Virus record (IMG/VR): IMGVR_UViG_3300010340_001122
Length of the DNA stretch: 64,000 nt
Direction: 5' to 3' (one strand)
DNA from: a virus
Lineage: Duplodnaviria > Caudoviricetes
Shown: one piece after another, positions 52,930 through 61,669 of the stretch
Layout: every line of letters starts with the position of its first letter
Numbering within the stretch: the first letter of the stretch is position 1
Made by a program: the position numbers and the translations under genes
The notes under the pieces: model-generated
Databases searched by the model: none
The model's input: only the letters and a program-made list of their open reading frames with translations
Told to the model about the DNA's origin: nothing

Positions 52930-53679
52930 TCAATTTTTTATACCAATTTTTGGTAGAGAATTATTTATATGTTTTTGTAAATCCTCTTTACTTAGAGACA
53001 TTAGCTTATTAAGAAGTTCTAAATTTCTTTGATATGGTGTTGGATCCGGAGCACCCCTTTCGTGCCATAAATGATAACAAGTTCCTGATTGCTCATACCA
53101 AGTTAAAAATATTTTGGATTTGTGAGATTGAAAATCATCTTCACCTCCCCATCCTATAAATCCTTGGTCAAATCCACCAATTTTAACTATTGCGTTTTTT
53201 CGATACATGATTATGCCACCTGCTAAACAGATTTTTTGAATATCTGTCTCACCTCTACCTGGTCTATTTATTTTAGACATTTGTTCTAAATTCATATTAA
53301 CTTCATTAGAATTTAAATCAATAACTCTACTATATGGAGACACACACTCATAATTATCTAGTTGTTTTAGAGCTTCTATCATTTTATGTGGGTCCATAAT
53401 TAGATCACAATCTCCAAAAACTATTGTTTGCGTTGTGGAATGTTGTAGTCCAACATTAAAAGCCCATGCTTTGTTGAATGGCATTTCGGACTTTGTGAAG
53501 ATATATTTTATACCTTTAAATGTGAAACTTGGTAATTTTGGAGATTTGTCTTGTTCTACGATTATTATTTCTACTCCTCCAAATCCTGTTACCCAATCCA
53601 ATACTCTTCTCAGATTGTGTATTCTATCATTTCTATGTTTATAAGCTATGATAAATGTGAATAAATGTGAATTTGCCAC
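52930..53679 (-). CDS. Glycosyltransferase (GT2/GT7-like)
   Basis: FNKAWAFNVG, DCD, GGFD..FIGWGGEDD, HLWH. Confidence 0.85.
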   Translation of the reverse strand: MANSHLFTFIIAYKHRNDRIHNLRRVLDWVTGFGGVEIIIVEQDKSPKLPSFTFKGIKYIFTKSEMPFNKAWAFNVGLQHSTTQTIVFGDCDLIMDPHKMIEALKQLDNYECVSPYSRVIDLNSNEVNMNLEQMSKINRPGRGETDIQKICLAGGIIMYRKNAIVKIGGFDQGFIGWGGEDDFQSHKSKIFLTWYEQSGTCYHLWHERGAPDPTPYQRNLELLNKLMSLSKEDLQKHINNSLPKIGIKN

Positions 53680-53747
53680 TTTTAATTTTGTTTTTTATTT
53701 ATATTAAATAAACCTATAATTGTTGAAAATTTTCATATATTTGTAGT

Positions 53748-54782
53748 ATGGATATAAAAAAGACTTTTATAAATCTTACTAAGTTTACTTACACACACGG
53801 GAATGAATTTTTACTTGAAAAATATCTACCATCTGGGTTTGAGAAAGACGAGTTTGATAATTATTTTTATAAAATCGGTGATAGTGATACTATGTTTACT
53901 TGTCATTTAGATACTGCTACATCAAAATTTAAAATTGTCAATCATATTTTTGAAAATAATTTTATAAAAACTGATGGCACTACAATATTAGGTGCAGATG
54001 ATAAGGCTGGTATGACTATTATACTTTATATGATATCTAAAGAAATACCAGGGCTTTATTATTTTTTTATCGGCGAAGAAGTAGGTTGTATAGGTTCTGG
54101 TAATGCTGCTACTTTAGATTTTAGTAAATATAAAAAATGTGTATCTTTTGACCGGCGCGGCTATGGGTCAGTTATAACACACCAACTAAGAGGAAGATGT
54201 TGTTCACCAGTATTTGCTGATAAATTATCAGAAGAGCTTACAAGATGTGGACTTCCATACAGTCCAGATTCTACTGGTATAATGACAGATTCTGCAATGT
54301 TTGTTGATCAGATTCCTGAGTGTACAAATATTTCAGTTGGGTATTTTAAAGAACATACTCTGAATGAGTCACAGGATATTCTTTATTTGAAAGAACTTTG
54401 TCAAGTTTGTACTGAGGTAAATTGGGATCAATTACCAATTGAAAGAGATCCTTTTATTTATGATAAATATTTCTTTGATGATGTTAATGAAGAAAAAGAA
54501 TATGAATCTGCTAAATTGAAAGTTTGGGTCGGTGATTATCTATATCTTGTTAAATTGACTTCGTATAGAATTATTGATGAAAATAAGTTAATATATGACT
54601 GGGTTTCTAAAACAGGATCATATGCCGGTCTTTTAGGTATAAGCTGGAATGGTAAGTCTTGTTATGTTCAGTATGATGAATATAATGAATATATTGGTGA
54701 CCGCGAAGATATTATTCAAGTCATAGAATCGATTAATTATATACCTCTTAATGATATGATCATACTTAAAAGAATAAAATAA
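53748..54782 (+). CDS. M28-family Zn peptidase-like protein (paralog of 33505)
   Basis: CHLDT, GADDKAG, GEEVG, SFDRRG; TATATTTG upstream. Confidence 0.75.
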   Translation: MDIKKTFINLTKFTYTHGNEFLLEKYLPSGFEKDEFDNYFYKIGDSDTMFTCHLDTATSKFKIVNHIFENNFIKTDGTTILGADDKAGMTIILYMISKEIPGLYYFFIGEEVGCIGSGNAATLDFSKYKKCVSFDRRGYGSVITHQLRGRCCSPVFADKLSEELTRCGLPYSPDSTGIMTDSAMFVDQIPECTNISVGYFKEHTLNESQDILYLKELCQVCTEVNWDQLPIERDPFIYDKYFFDDVNEEKEYESAKLKVWVGDYLYLVKLTSYRIIDENKLIYDWVSKTGSYAGLLGISWNGKSCYVQYDEYNEYIGDREDIIQVIESINYIPLNDMIILKRIK

Positions 54783-54810
54783 AAAAACTCTCAAATGAGA
54801 GTTTTTTTAT
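54779..54810. terminator. Bidirectional terminator
   Basis: ataaaaaaactctca-aa-tgagagtttttttat between convergent genes. Confidence 0.85.
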
Positions 54811-54992
54811 TATCCGAGTATAAGTCCAGGATTTTTGTATTCTTTTTGAGTTGCTATTTCTAACATTTGAGTTGATGTTAGTTCTTTAGCGTTCCAACCT
54901 TTCTTTTTAGAATACTCGTTTACAAATTTTTCTCTAAGTAAAAGTTGCTCTTCATCAGTAAGAACATTCTTTTTTAAGTTATTTTCAATCAT
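54810..54992 (-). CDS. Small hypothetical protein
   Basis: 60 aa, with late motif upstream and terminator downstream. Confidence 0.6.
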   Translation of the reverse strand: MIENNLKKNVLTDEEQLLLREKFVNEYSKKKGWNAKELTSTQMLEIATQKEYKNPGLILG

Positions 54993-55003
54993 TTTGATGA
55001 ATT

Positions 55004-55035
55004 TTTGTTTATATATATAAAAATTTGTATCTTTG
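55004..55035 (+). promoter_or_regulatory. Bacteroidota-type promoter
   Basis: TTTG (55004) - 20 nt - TATCTTTG (55028), ending 4 nt before ATG 55040. Confidence 0.65.
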
Positions 55036-55039
55036 TATT

Positions 55040-55564
55040 ATGTTAATCAAGGTAAAAGGTATATTAGATTTTAGCCCAGAAGATGTGACTAGAAAACATA
55101 AAAACCAATCTTCTTGGAAGCGTGTCGCAATGATCCGTACAGATTGTGATATGGATCGATACTATGCTTGGTTTTTAAAGAAAAGATTTAACATTGAATT
55201 AAATCAAAATTTAAGAGGTTCTCACGTTACTTTTATTTCTGATAAAATGGAAAAATCTGTTTTTGATGAGGCTTCTAATATATTTAATGGTAAGGAAATT
55301 TATTTTTATATTGAAACTGAACCAAGAAGTGATGGTAAACACTGGTGGTTAAGAGTTTATTGTCCTGATGCTGAAAGTATTAGAGAGGCTCTAGGTTTAA
55401 CAAGAGATCCATATTTTGGTCTTCACTTAACTATTGGTCATGCTAATGAGAAAAATATTCTTCACTCTGAATACATTCTTAGACAATGTAAGATGTTTGA
55501 ATTAATTTCAAATGAACCAAGAAAACCATTTAATGAACATGATATCAAGGAGTTCAATGTCTAA
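55040..55564 (+). CDS. 2H phosphoesterase family protein
   Basis: Two HxT motifs: GSHVTFI and GLHLTIG. Confidence 0.7.
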   Translation: MLIKVKGILDFSPEDVTRKHKNQSSWKRVAMIRTDCDMDRYYAWFLKKRFNIELNQNLRGSHVTFISDKMEKSVFDEASNIFNGKEIYFYIETEPRSDGKHWWLRVYCPDAESIREALGLTRDPYFGLHLTIGHANEKNILHSEYILRQCKMFELISNEPRKPFNEHDIKEFNV

Positions 55565-55901
55565 TATATTTGCAGATAAGTTAGTAATAATAAATTCGAG
55601 ATTGGTTGCTAATCAAAATCTCGAATTGGAAGATCTTATAAAAATTGAAAAGCTTCACATGGTGAGAAATTGTTATCTCACCTTGATGGAGAATACCGAT
55701 GATTCTGTTGAGTTAAAAAGATTGAGTTTATTTATTACTCAAATAGATTTCCAATTACAAAAATTGTGGAAATTTAAAGTTGATTCTAACTATCACCGAT
55801 TTTGGGAGCTTCCAAAATGTCAGTGTTCTATATTGGATAATCGAGAAAAATATGGCACAGGTCATAGATATTATAATCCAAATTGTCCTATACATGGTTA
55901 A
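55557..55901 (+). CDS. Hypothetical Zn-binding phage protein
   Basis: YHRFW..PKCQC...CPIHG. Confidence 0.6.
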   Translation: MSNIFADKLVIINSRLVANQNLELEDLIKIEKLHMVRNCYLTLMENTDDSVELKRLSLFITQIDFQLQKLWKFKVDSNYHRFWELPKCQCSILDNREKYGTGHRYYNPNCPIHG

Positions 55902-55998
55902 TTATATCATCATCTTTTAAATCTGTAAGTATAGCTAAAACATCTAAAATATCATTAGATTTCGATTCATTTAAATTTATTTTTTTCAAATATTTCAT
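55888..55998 (-). pseudogene. Truncated cargo-family remnant (36 aa)
   Basis: MKYLKKINLNESKSNDILDVLAILTDLKDDDIINHV with TTAATATATA upstream. Confidence 0.5.
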
Positions 55999-56046
55999 TA
56001 GATATATATTAAACAATTGGCATACATTTTTGTATAATTTTTAATT

Positions 56047-56856
56047 ATGCCAGAAGCTCCAGAAATTCGTATTATGTCTGATTTTATAAATCAGAACTCA
56101 AAGAGTAACAAATTTAAAAAACTTTTTCATGTTGAAAAGGGTAATAATGCCGTAGATTCTAACTATAATGAATATGTTGTTTCCGCCGATTTCTATGGAA
56201 AACAACTTCAATTAAAGTTTTTTAATAGATTAAATCAATCCATGGATATTTCAGTATTTATGGGTATGAGTGGTAATTGGAAATTAGTTCCGACTGAATC
56301 TTGGTCGGATACTAAATTTACTCGTATGCGATTAGATCGAGATGATGGAATGAGTCTTCTTTTATATGGCGGTTATATGGGGCCAAAGTATAAAATAGGT
56401 GGCTTTAATACAAAAAGAGGATTTGATATTATCAAAGACTTTGATAAGTTTAAAAATAATGTCATTTTAAATTTAAGTTCTAAAGTATTTGATAAGCCTA
56501 TTTGTGAAGTTCTTTTAGATCAGAAATATTTTGATGGAGTTGGTAATTATATTAGAAGCACAATACTTTACTATTTAGATGTTAATCCATTTAAATCGGC
56601 ACGAGAAGTTATCAAAAATAATCCGAATATTTTTGATATGTGTAGAGAAGTTATTGAAAAATCATATATTTTAAATGGAGGTCAATTAAGAGATTGGCAA
56701 AATCCTAATCCGAATTTAAGTTCGGAAGAATTTCTTAAATGGGTTTTTTATCAAAAAGGAATTTCTTGTGAGGATAAAACTGGAAGAACATTCTGGTTTT
56801 CTGAAAAATGGGCGAGTGAATGTCCATATAAAATTAAACAATTAGTATGGAGTTAA
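56047..56856 (+). CDS. Fpg/Nei-family DNA glycosylase
   Basis: N-terminal MPE.PE, GMSG, H2TH motif LLDQKYFDGVGNY, GRT. Confidence 0.85.
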   Translation: MPEAPEIRIMSDFINQNSKSNKFKKLFHVEKGNNAVDSNYNEYVVSADFYGKQLQLKFFNRLNQSMDISVFMGMSGNWKLVPTESWSDTKFTRMRLDRDDGMSLLLYGGYMGPKYKIGGFNTKRGFDIIKDFDKFKNNVILNLSSKVFDKPICEVLLDQKYFDGVGNYIRSTILYYLDVNPFKSAREVIKNNPNIFDMCREVIEKSYILNGGQLRDWQNPNPNLSSEEFLKWVFYQKGISCEDKTGRTFWFSEKWASECPYKIKQLVWS

Positions 56857-57290
56857 TAACCACATATATTTGTAAAACATCAGATCTGGGAGTACATGGA
56901 AATATGTTTGGTGGTACTTTAGTATCAATAATTGATGATGCGGGTGCTTCTTATGCTTCACAAATTTGTGATACGCCACGAATGGTTACAATTAAGATTG
57001 ATGAATTTATTTTTAAAAAGCCTATAAAAGTTGGAAATCTAATAAAGGTTTATGGTGAAGTTCGTGAGTTCGGAAACAGCTCCGTGACTTTGTACTTAGA
57101 GGTAAGAAGACATAATGTTTATACTGGTGACCAGGATGTTGTTACACACACTAATATCAAATTTGTTCGTATAGATGATGAAGGAAATGCTATTCCTATT
57201 TCTGAAAGAGTCAAACTGAGATATTCTGAAAGAGTCAAACAGTTTGGAAAAGGTTTACTTTCAAATGAAGAAAAAAAAGTATCTAAATGA
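56847..57290 (+). CDS. Acyl-CoA thioesterase (hotdog fold)
   Basis: HGNMFGG...D...MVT..ID.F.FKKP..VG...G.SS. Confidence 0.85.
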   Translation: MELITTYICKTSDLGVHGNMFGGTLVSIIDDAGASYASQICDTPRMVTIKIDEFIFKKPIKVGNLIKVYGEVREFGNSSVTLYLEVRRHNVYTGDQDVVTHTNIKFVRIDDEGNAIPISERVKLRYSERVKQFGKGLLSNEEKKVSK

Positions 57291-57496
57291 AAGGACAACT
57301 TAATAAAAGAGATCTTGAGAATATCGGAGAATATTATGGAGTAGATATTATTGACGAAATGACTTCTATTTTATCGGATGAATTAGCTAAATCAATTGAT
57401 GCTGAAATTATTAAAAATCTATTCAATAATGAAAAGCAAGAAAAGATTAATAGAATTATAGAAAAAATTAATAAATTTAATGAACAATCTAGATAA
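57287..57496 (+). CDS. Mini-protein resembling a major capsid helix
   Basis: YGVDIIDEMTSILSDELAKSIDAEII vs capsid TGMDIVQKMESILVNELSQTISRQIV. Confidence 0.55.
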   Translation: MKGQLNKRDLENIGEYYGVDIIDEMTSILSDELAKSIDAEIIKNLFNNEKQEKINRIIEKINKFNEQSR

Positions 57497-58727
57497 AAAA
57501 TATACAGCACTACTTCAAGACATACTTGACAATGGAGTTGAAAAGAAAGATAGAACTGGTACTGGAACAATATCAGTATTTGGTCGCCAAATTAGACATA
57601 AAATGTCAGAAGGATTTCCTTTACTTACTACTAAGAAAATGTATATGAAGGGAATTGTGACCGAATTATTATGGTTTTTAAGAGGTGATACCAACATCCA
57701 ATATCTTGTTGATAATGATTGTCATATTTGGGATGGTGATGCTTATAAAAACTATATTTCTAAGGGAGGAAAAGATTATTCTGAAAAATCAATGAAACAA
57801 ATTTCTTCTCATTTTTCAAAAGAAGAATTCATTAACAAAATAAAAACCGATAATGAGTTTGCTAAGACTTGGGGAGAACTCGGTCCAGTGTATGGTAGAC
57901 AGTGGAGAAGTTGGAAATCATTTGAACACGAGTATGGTGAGGATGAGAATGGTGATGATTTTATTGGAATGTGGAAAGGAAAAGAAAAAATAGACCAAAT
58001 CGCAAACCTAATTAACGACCTTAAAACAAACCCAGACTCAAGACGATTAATGGTTAATGCTTGGAATGTAGGGGAAATTGATGAGATGGTTTTACCACCT
58101 TGTCATTACGGATTTCAAGTTTACACAAGAGAGTTGAGTTTTAATGAGAGATTAGATATCGCCGGTAAAAATAATGGATATGAATATCCTAATAGAATTA
58201 ATGTTACTAAAGAAGATAATAAATTTTGGAATGAATGGCTTTTTGAAAAAAATGTTCCAACCAGAGCAGTCTCTCTAATGTGGAATCAACGAAGTGTAGA
58301 TACATTCTTAGGATTACCATTCAACATAGCTTCTTATGGTTTATTGCTTGAAATCATTGCCAAAGAAGTAAACATGGTACCTGATGAATTAATTGGAAAT
58401 TTAGGTGATGTTCATTTATATTCAAATCACATTGAACAAGCCAAAGAACAAATTGGTAGAGAATTAAGCTTAGATGAGAGAAGGGAGATAGCTAATTTAA
58501 AACAAAACGATATTCATTATGGTGAGTTCATATCACCTATGACTATAGAACATTGGGATAGAATCAATATCCCAATCAGAACAAGAGAACCATATCCATT
58601 ACCAATATTAAAGATAGCGGAAAACGGACCATCAATAATTGAAAAGATAAGGTATTGGCGATCTGGAGATTTTGTAATTGAAAACTATCAATCCCACCCA
58701 ACAATTAAAGCTCCTTTGAGTAATTAA
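57480..58727 (+). CDS. thyA: Thymidylate synthase
   Basis: DRTGTGT, FPLLTTK, ELLWF, LGPVYG.QWR, LPPCH, QRSVD..LG.PFN, GDVHLY.NH. Confidence 0.95.
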   Translation: MNNLDKKYTALLQDILDNGVEKKDRTGTGTISVFGRQIRHKMSEGFPLLTTKKMYMKGIVTELLWFLRGDTNIQYLVDNDCHIWDGDAYKNYISKGGKDYSEKSMKQISSHFSKEEFINKIKTDNEFAKTWGELGPVYGRQWRSWKSFEHEYGEDENGDDFIGMWKGKEKIDQIANLINDLKTNPDSRRLMVNAWNVGEIDEMVLPPCHYGFQVYTRELSFNERLDIAGKNNGYEYPNRINVTKEDNKFWNEWLFEKNVPTRAVSLMWNQRSVDTFLGLPFNIASYGLLLEIIAKEVNMVPDELIGNLGDVHLYSNHIEQAKEQIGRELSLDERREIANLKQNDIHYGEFISPMTIEHWDRINIPIRTREPYPLPILKIAENGPSIIEKIRYWRSGDFVIENYQSHPTIKAPLSN

Positions 58728-58743
58728 AAAATAATTTAATAAT

Positions 58744-59241
58744 ATGAGTAAAGAAATAGAATACGATCCAATTTATGATAGTATAGTTCAGCAAATCAAA
58801 CAAATTGATAGAGATGATCTTTCAGATGATGTTGATCAAGGACCATTGAGTTCAGAAGTTGAAAAACAAAAAGTTTATATATGGATTCGTTTGTATATAA
58901 AAGAGGAAATGTCTGGACTTAAAGAAGGTGATGACTTTAAAATCAAATATCTTGATTCTGGTGAGGAGTTAATTACTAAGTTTATTTGTTTTGGTAAAAA
59001 GAATTCATTTAAAGATTCTGATGATTATGATCAAATTCAAATTACATCTGAAGATGATACTAAATGTTTGTGTTTAATGGTTGATGAGCAAGAGATACAG
59101 ACATCAGATGCTATACCATTTATTAGAAGTTTATTTAGAGTTTCAAAGCATTTTGAATACCAGGTTTATAAAAGAGAAGATTTAACATTTACAAATGTTA
59201 GGACTGGTGAATCGGTTGAATATATTGATTGTGATTTTTAA
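58744..59241 (+). CDS. Hypothetical protein
   Basis: 165-aa ORF. Confidence 0.6.
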   Translation: MSKEIEYDPIYDSIVQQIKQIDRDDLSDDVDQGPLSSEVEKQKVYIWIRLYIKEEMSGLKEGDDFKIKYLDSGEELITKFICFGKKNSFKDSDDYDQIQITSEDDTKCLCLMVDEQEIQTSDAIPFIRSLFRVSKHFEYQVYKREDLTFTNVRTGESVEYIDCDF

Positions 59242-59645
59242 TTTCTAAATATAAATAAAAATCTCGATTGGGGGATCCTTTTAGATTTTAAATACTGGTT
59301 TTCATATGCTGTTAGTAATTCACAATTAAATTCAGATTGAAATCTTTTTAATAAGTCTTCACAATCATTATTAAATTCATATAGATCTTTATAGAAAACC
59401 TTAAATAAATCCATGTGTATTATTAAATAAACCTCATTTATATTTTTAATTTCTTTTCCAATTGATATTAATCTATGATATGAGGATATATCTTCTTCTT
59501 CTATAAAGAAGTTATATCCTCCTCTGCAATTAGAATCACCTTCGAATACCATGTCCCATTTATCAACCAATTCTTGAAAAATATCTTTTATTTCTTCTAT
59601 ATCTGGTTGATTAGAAAAACTTTCAAATTTTGAAATAATATACAT
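59238..59645 (-). CDS. Hypothetical protein (MYIISKFESF N-terminus)
   Basis: Start placed at 59645 after TTTATATATA; contains IKDIFQELVD. Confidence 0.6.
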   Translation of the reverse strand: MYIISKFESFSNQPDIEEIKDIFQELVDKWDMVFEGDSNCRGGYNFFIEEEDISSYHRLISIGKEIKNINEVYLIIHMDLFKVFYKDLYEFNNDCEDLLKRFQSEFNCELLTAYENQYLKSKRIPQSRFLFIFRN

Positions 59646-59690
59646 GACATATATATAAAAATAGTATATAAAAAAAATAAGTAAAAAATA

Positions 59691-61232
59691 GTGCTGATTG
59701 ATACACAATATTTGATAAATACGAAGAAATTAGTTGTTAGTTATGTTGATAAAACAGGTGATATTAAATTAAAATACTATGATTGGCAAAATCCTTTAAA
59801 GTATGTGACTTGTGAGGATACTGACCCTCAAAGGCATCCAGATTATAAGTCTTGGGATAATAAACATGTTAAACAAATTGAAGTAAATCATCCGGATAGA
59901 TATGCGGTTTATGAATTTTTAGATGCTCTTCCTGAAAAAGAAAGAGATGAGATTTTTGAATTTAATTTACCTAAAATATTTTTTATAGATATTGAAACAG
60001 AAATTGTGGATGGATTTCCGGAAGCTGCTGATATATTAAATGCTGATGGTTCGGTTAAAAAAGAAGGAGCATCTACCCAAGTACTATCTATATCTGTTGT
60101 TTATGATGATAAAATAATCCTTTTAGGATTGAAAGATATGCCTCAAGATATGCAGGATCGTATATTAACTAATACGAATAAATATTTTGAAAAATCAAAA
60201 GTTGAATATAAATTCAAATACATTAAATATGATGATGAATTTGATATGTTATATAATTTCTTTTATAAAATGGTTCCAAAAATGCCACTTATTACTGGTT
60301 GGAATTTCTTAAACTATGACTGGTTATATTTGGTAAATCGATCTAGAAAATTAAGTAAATGGGTTAATGGTAAGCAAATTAAAATTGATCCATCTGTTTC
60401 ATCATTTACTAAAAGATTGAATAAAGTCTGGTCTACCGAATATGAAGTTCCCGCTCATAGAATGATATTTGATTATATGCAATTATATGAAATATGTGAT
60501 ACCTCAATAAAAGTTAAAGAAAGTTCTTCATTGGATTTTGTTTCTAATAAATTAGTTGGTGTGGATAAGATTAAATATACCGGTTCACTCCAAAAACTTT
60601 ATGAAGATGATTTTGAAACTTTTATGTATTATAACGCGGTTGACTCCGTTTTGGTGCAGAAAATTCATGAAGCCAGAAATTATATTTCCATTATTTTTGC
60701 TATTTCTTCTCTTGCTAAAATTAAAGTAGTTGATATCGTTTCTCAAATGAATAATGCTCTTGGTTCTTTAGCTATTACTGAGGGTGTTTTAAGAAATAGG
60801 TTCCGTGAAATGGAAAATATAATCTTATTTAAAGATGAAAATGCTGTTCGTGGAGGTGAATCTGGAATTGCAGGTGGATGGGTTAAAGATCCTGTTGTTG
60901 GTATGAATAAGTGGTGCGTAATCTATGACTTTGCATCACTTTATCCAACTACTCAGTTGCAGTTTTTTATAGCACCTGAAACATTTGTGGGTGTTAAAAC
61001 AGAAGAAGAGAATGAATATTGTTTCAATGGTAATCAGAGAATTAAAATTGATCTTGATAAACATGTTGTGTGTGTCAATGGTGTTGTTTTTGAGAAAAGA
61101 TATTCACCAACTTTGAAGATGTTGGATGATGTTTATGCGGATAGAAAGAAGAATAAAAAAATTATGATGCAGAAGAAAGAAGAATATAAAGCGGTCATGG
61201 ATGAGATTAAACAATTAGAATCTGAATTATAA
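59691..61232 (+). CDS. DNA polymerase family B, N-terminal half (split gp43A-like)
   Basis: Exonuclease motifs DIETE, GWN...YD, YNAVD; motif A YDFASLYP; ends in the fingers helix with no NSxYG or YGDTDS. Confidence 0.85.
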   Translation: MLIDTQYLINTKKLVVSYVDKTGDIKLKYYDWQNPLKYVTCEDTDPQRHPDYKSWDNKHVKQIEVNHPDRYAVYEFLDALPEKERDEIFEFNLPKIFFIDIETEIVDGFPEAADILNADGSVKKEGASTQVLSISVVYDDKIILLGLKDMPQDMQDRILTNTNKYFEKSKVEYKFKYIKYDDEFDMLYNFFYKMVPKMPLITGWNFLNYDWLYLVNRSRKLSKWVNGKQIKIDPSVSSFTKRLNKVWSTEYEVPAHRMIFDYMQLYEICDTSIKVKESSSLDFVSNKLVGVDKIKYTGSLQKLYEDDFETFMYYNAVDSVLVQKIHEARNYISIIFAISSLAKIKVVDIVSQMNNALGSLAITEGVLRNRFREMENIILFKDENAVRGGESGIAGGWVKDPVVGMNKWCVIYDFASLYPTTQLQFFIAPETFVGVKTEEENEYCFNGNQRIKIDLDKHVVCVNGVVFEKRYSPTLKMLDDVYADRKKNKKIMMQKKEEYKAVMDEIKQLESEL

Positions 61233-61235
61233 AAT

Positions 61236-61637
61236 TTATGAGATTTTGATAATTAAATGATAATTAACCAAAGTTTGTAATTCTCTTAATTCAAATGTAT
61301 ATCCAGTATCATTTATTAATTCCAAAACAATTGGATATAATTGATCAATAAATTCCTTTATTTTAGATAAATGTGATGATGTTTTTATGAAATGTTCAGG
61401 ATCTCTAAAAGTTTGATAAACATGGCCTGGTATAAAAAAATCAACAACTATTTCTATACTACCATTTCCTTTACTATATAATTCTTGACCAGAATCTCTT
61501 CTATTGTAAAATTTATCAAATTTTATTTCTATATTATCTATATCGGATAAACTACTATTTGTAAAATATGATTTAACTTCTTCATATATTTCGTTATCTG
61601 ATTTTTCTAAATTTTCGTAAAATTTTTTAATTTTCAT
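61236..61637 (-). CDS. Hypothetical protein (MKIKKFYEN N-terminus)
   Basis: 133 aa; TTAATATATA upstream. Confidence 0.65.
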   Translation of the reverse strand: MKIKKFYENLEKSDNEIYEEVKSYFTNSSLSDIDNIEIKFDKFYNRRDSGQELYSKGNGSIEIVVDFFIPGHVYQTFRDPEHFIKTSSHLSKIKEFIDQLYPIVLELINDTGYTFELRELQTLVNYHLIIKIS

Positions 61638-61669
61638 AATCTTATATATTAAAATAACCTATAACAATC

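Noticed and set aside
57480-58727. Group I intron or intein in thyA
   Set aside because: The ORF is continuous; insertions are short and lack intein termini.
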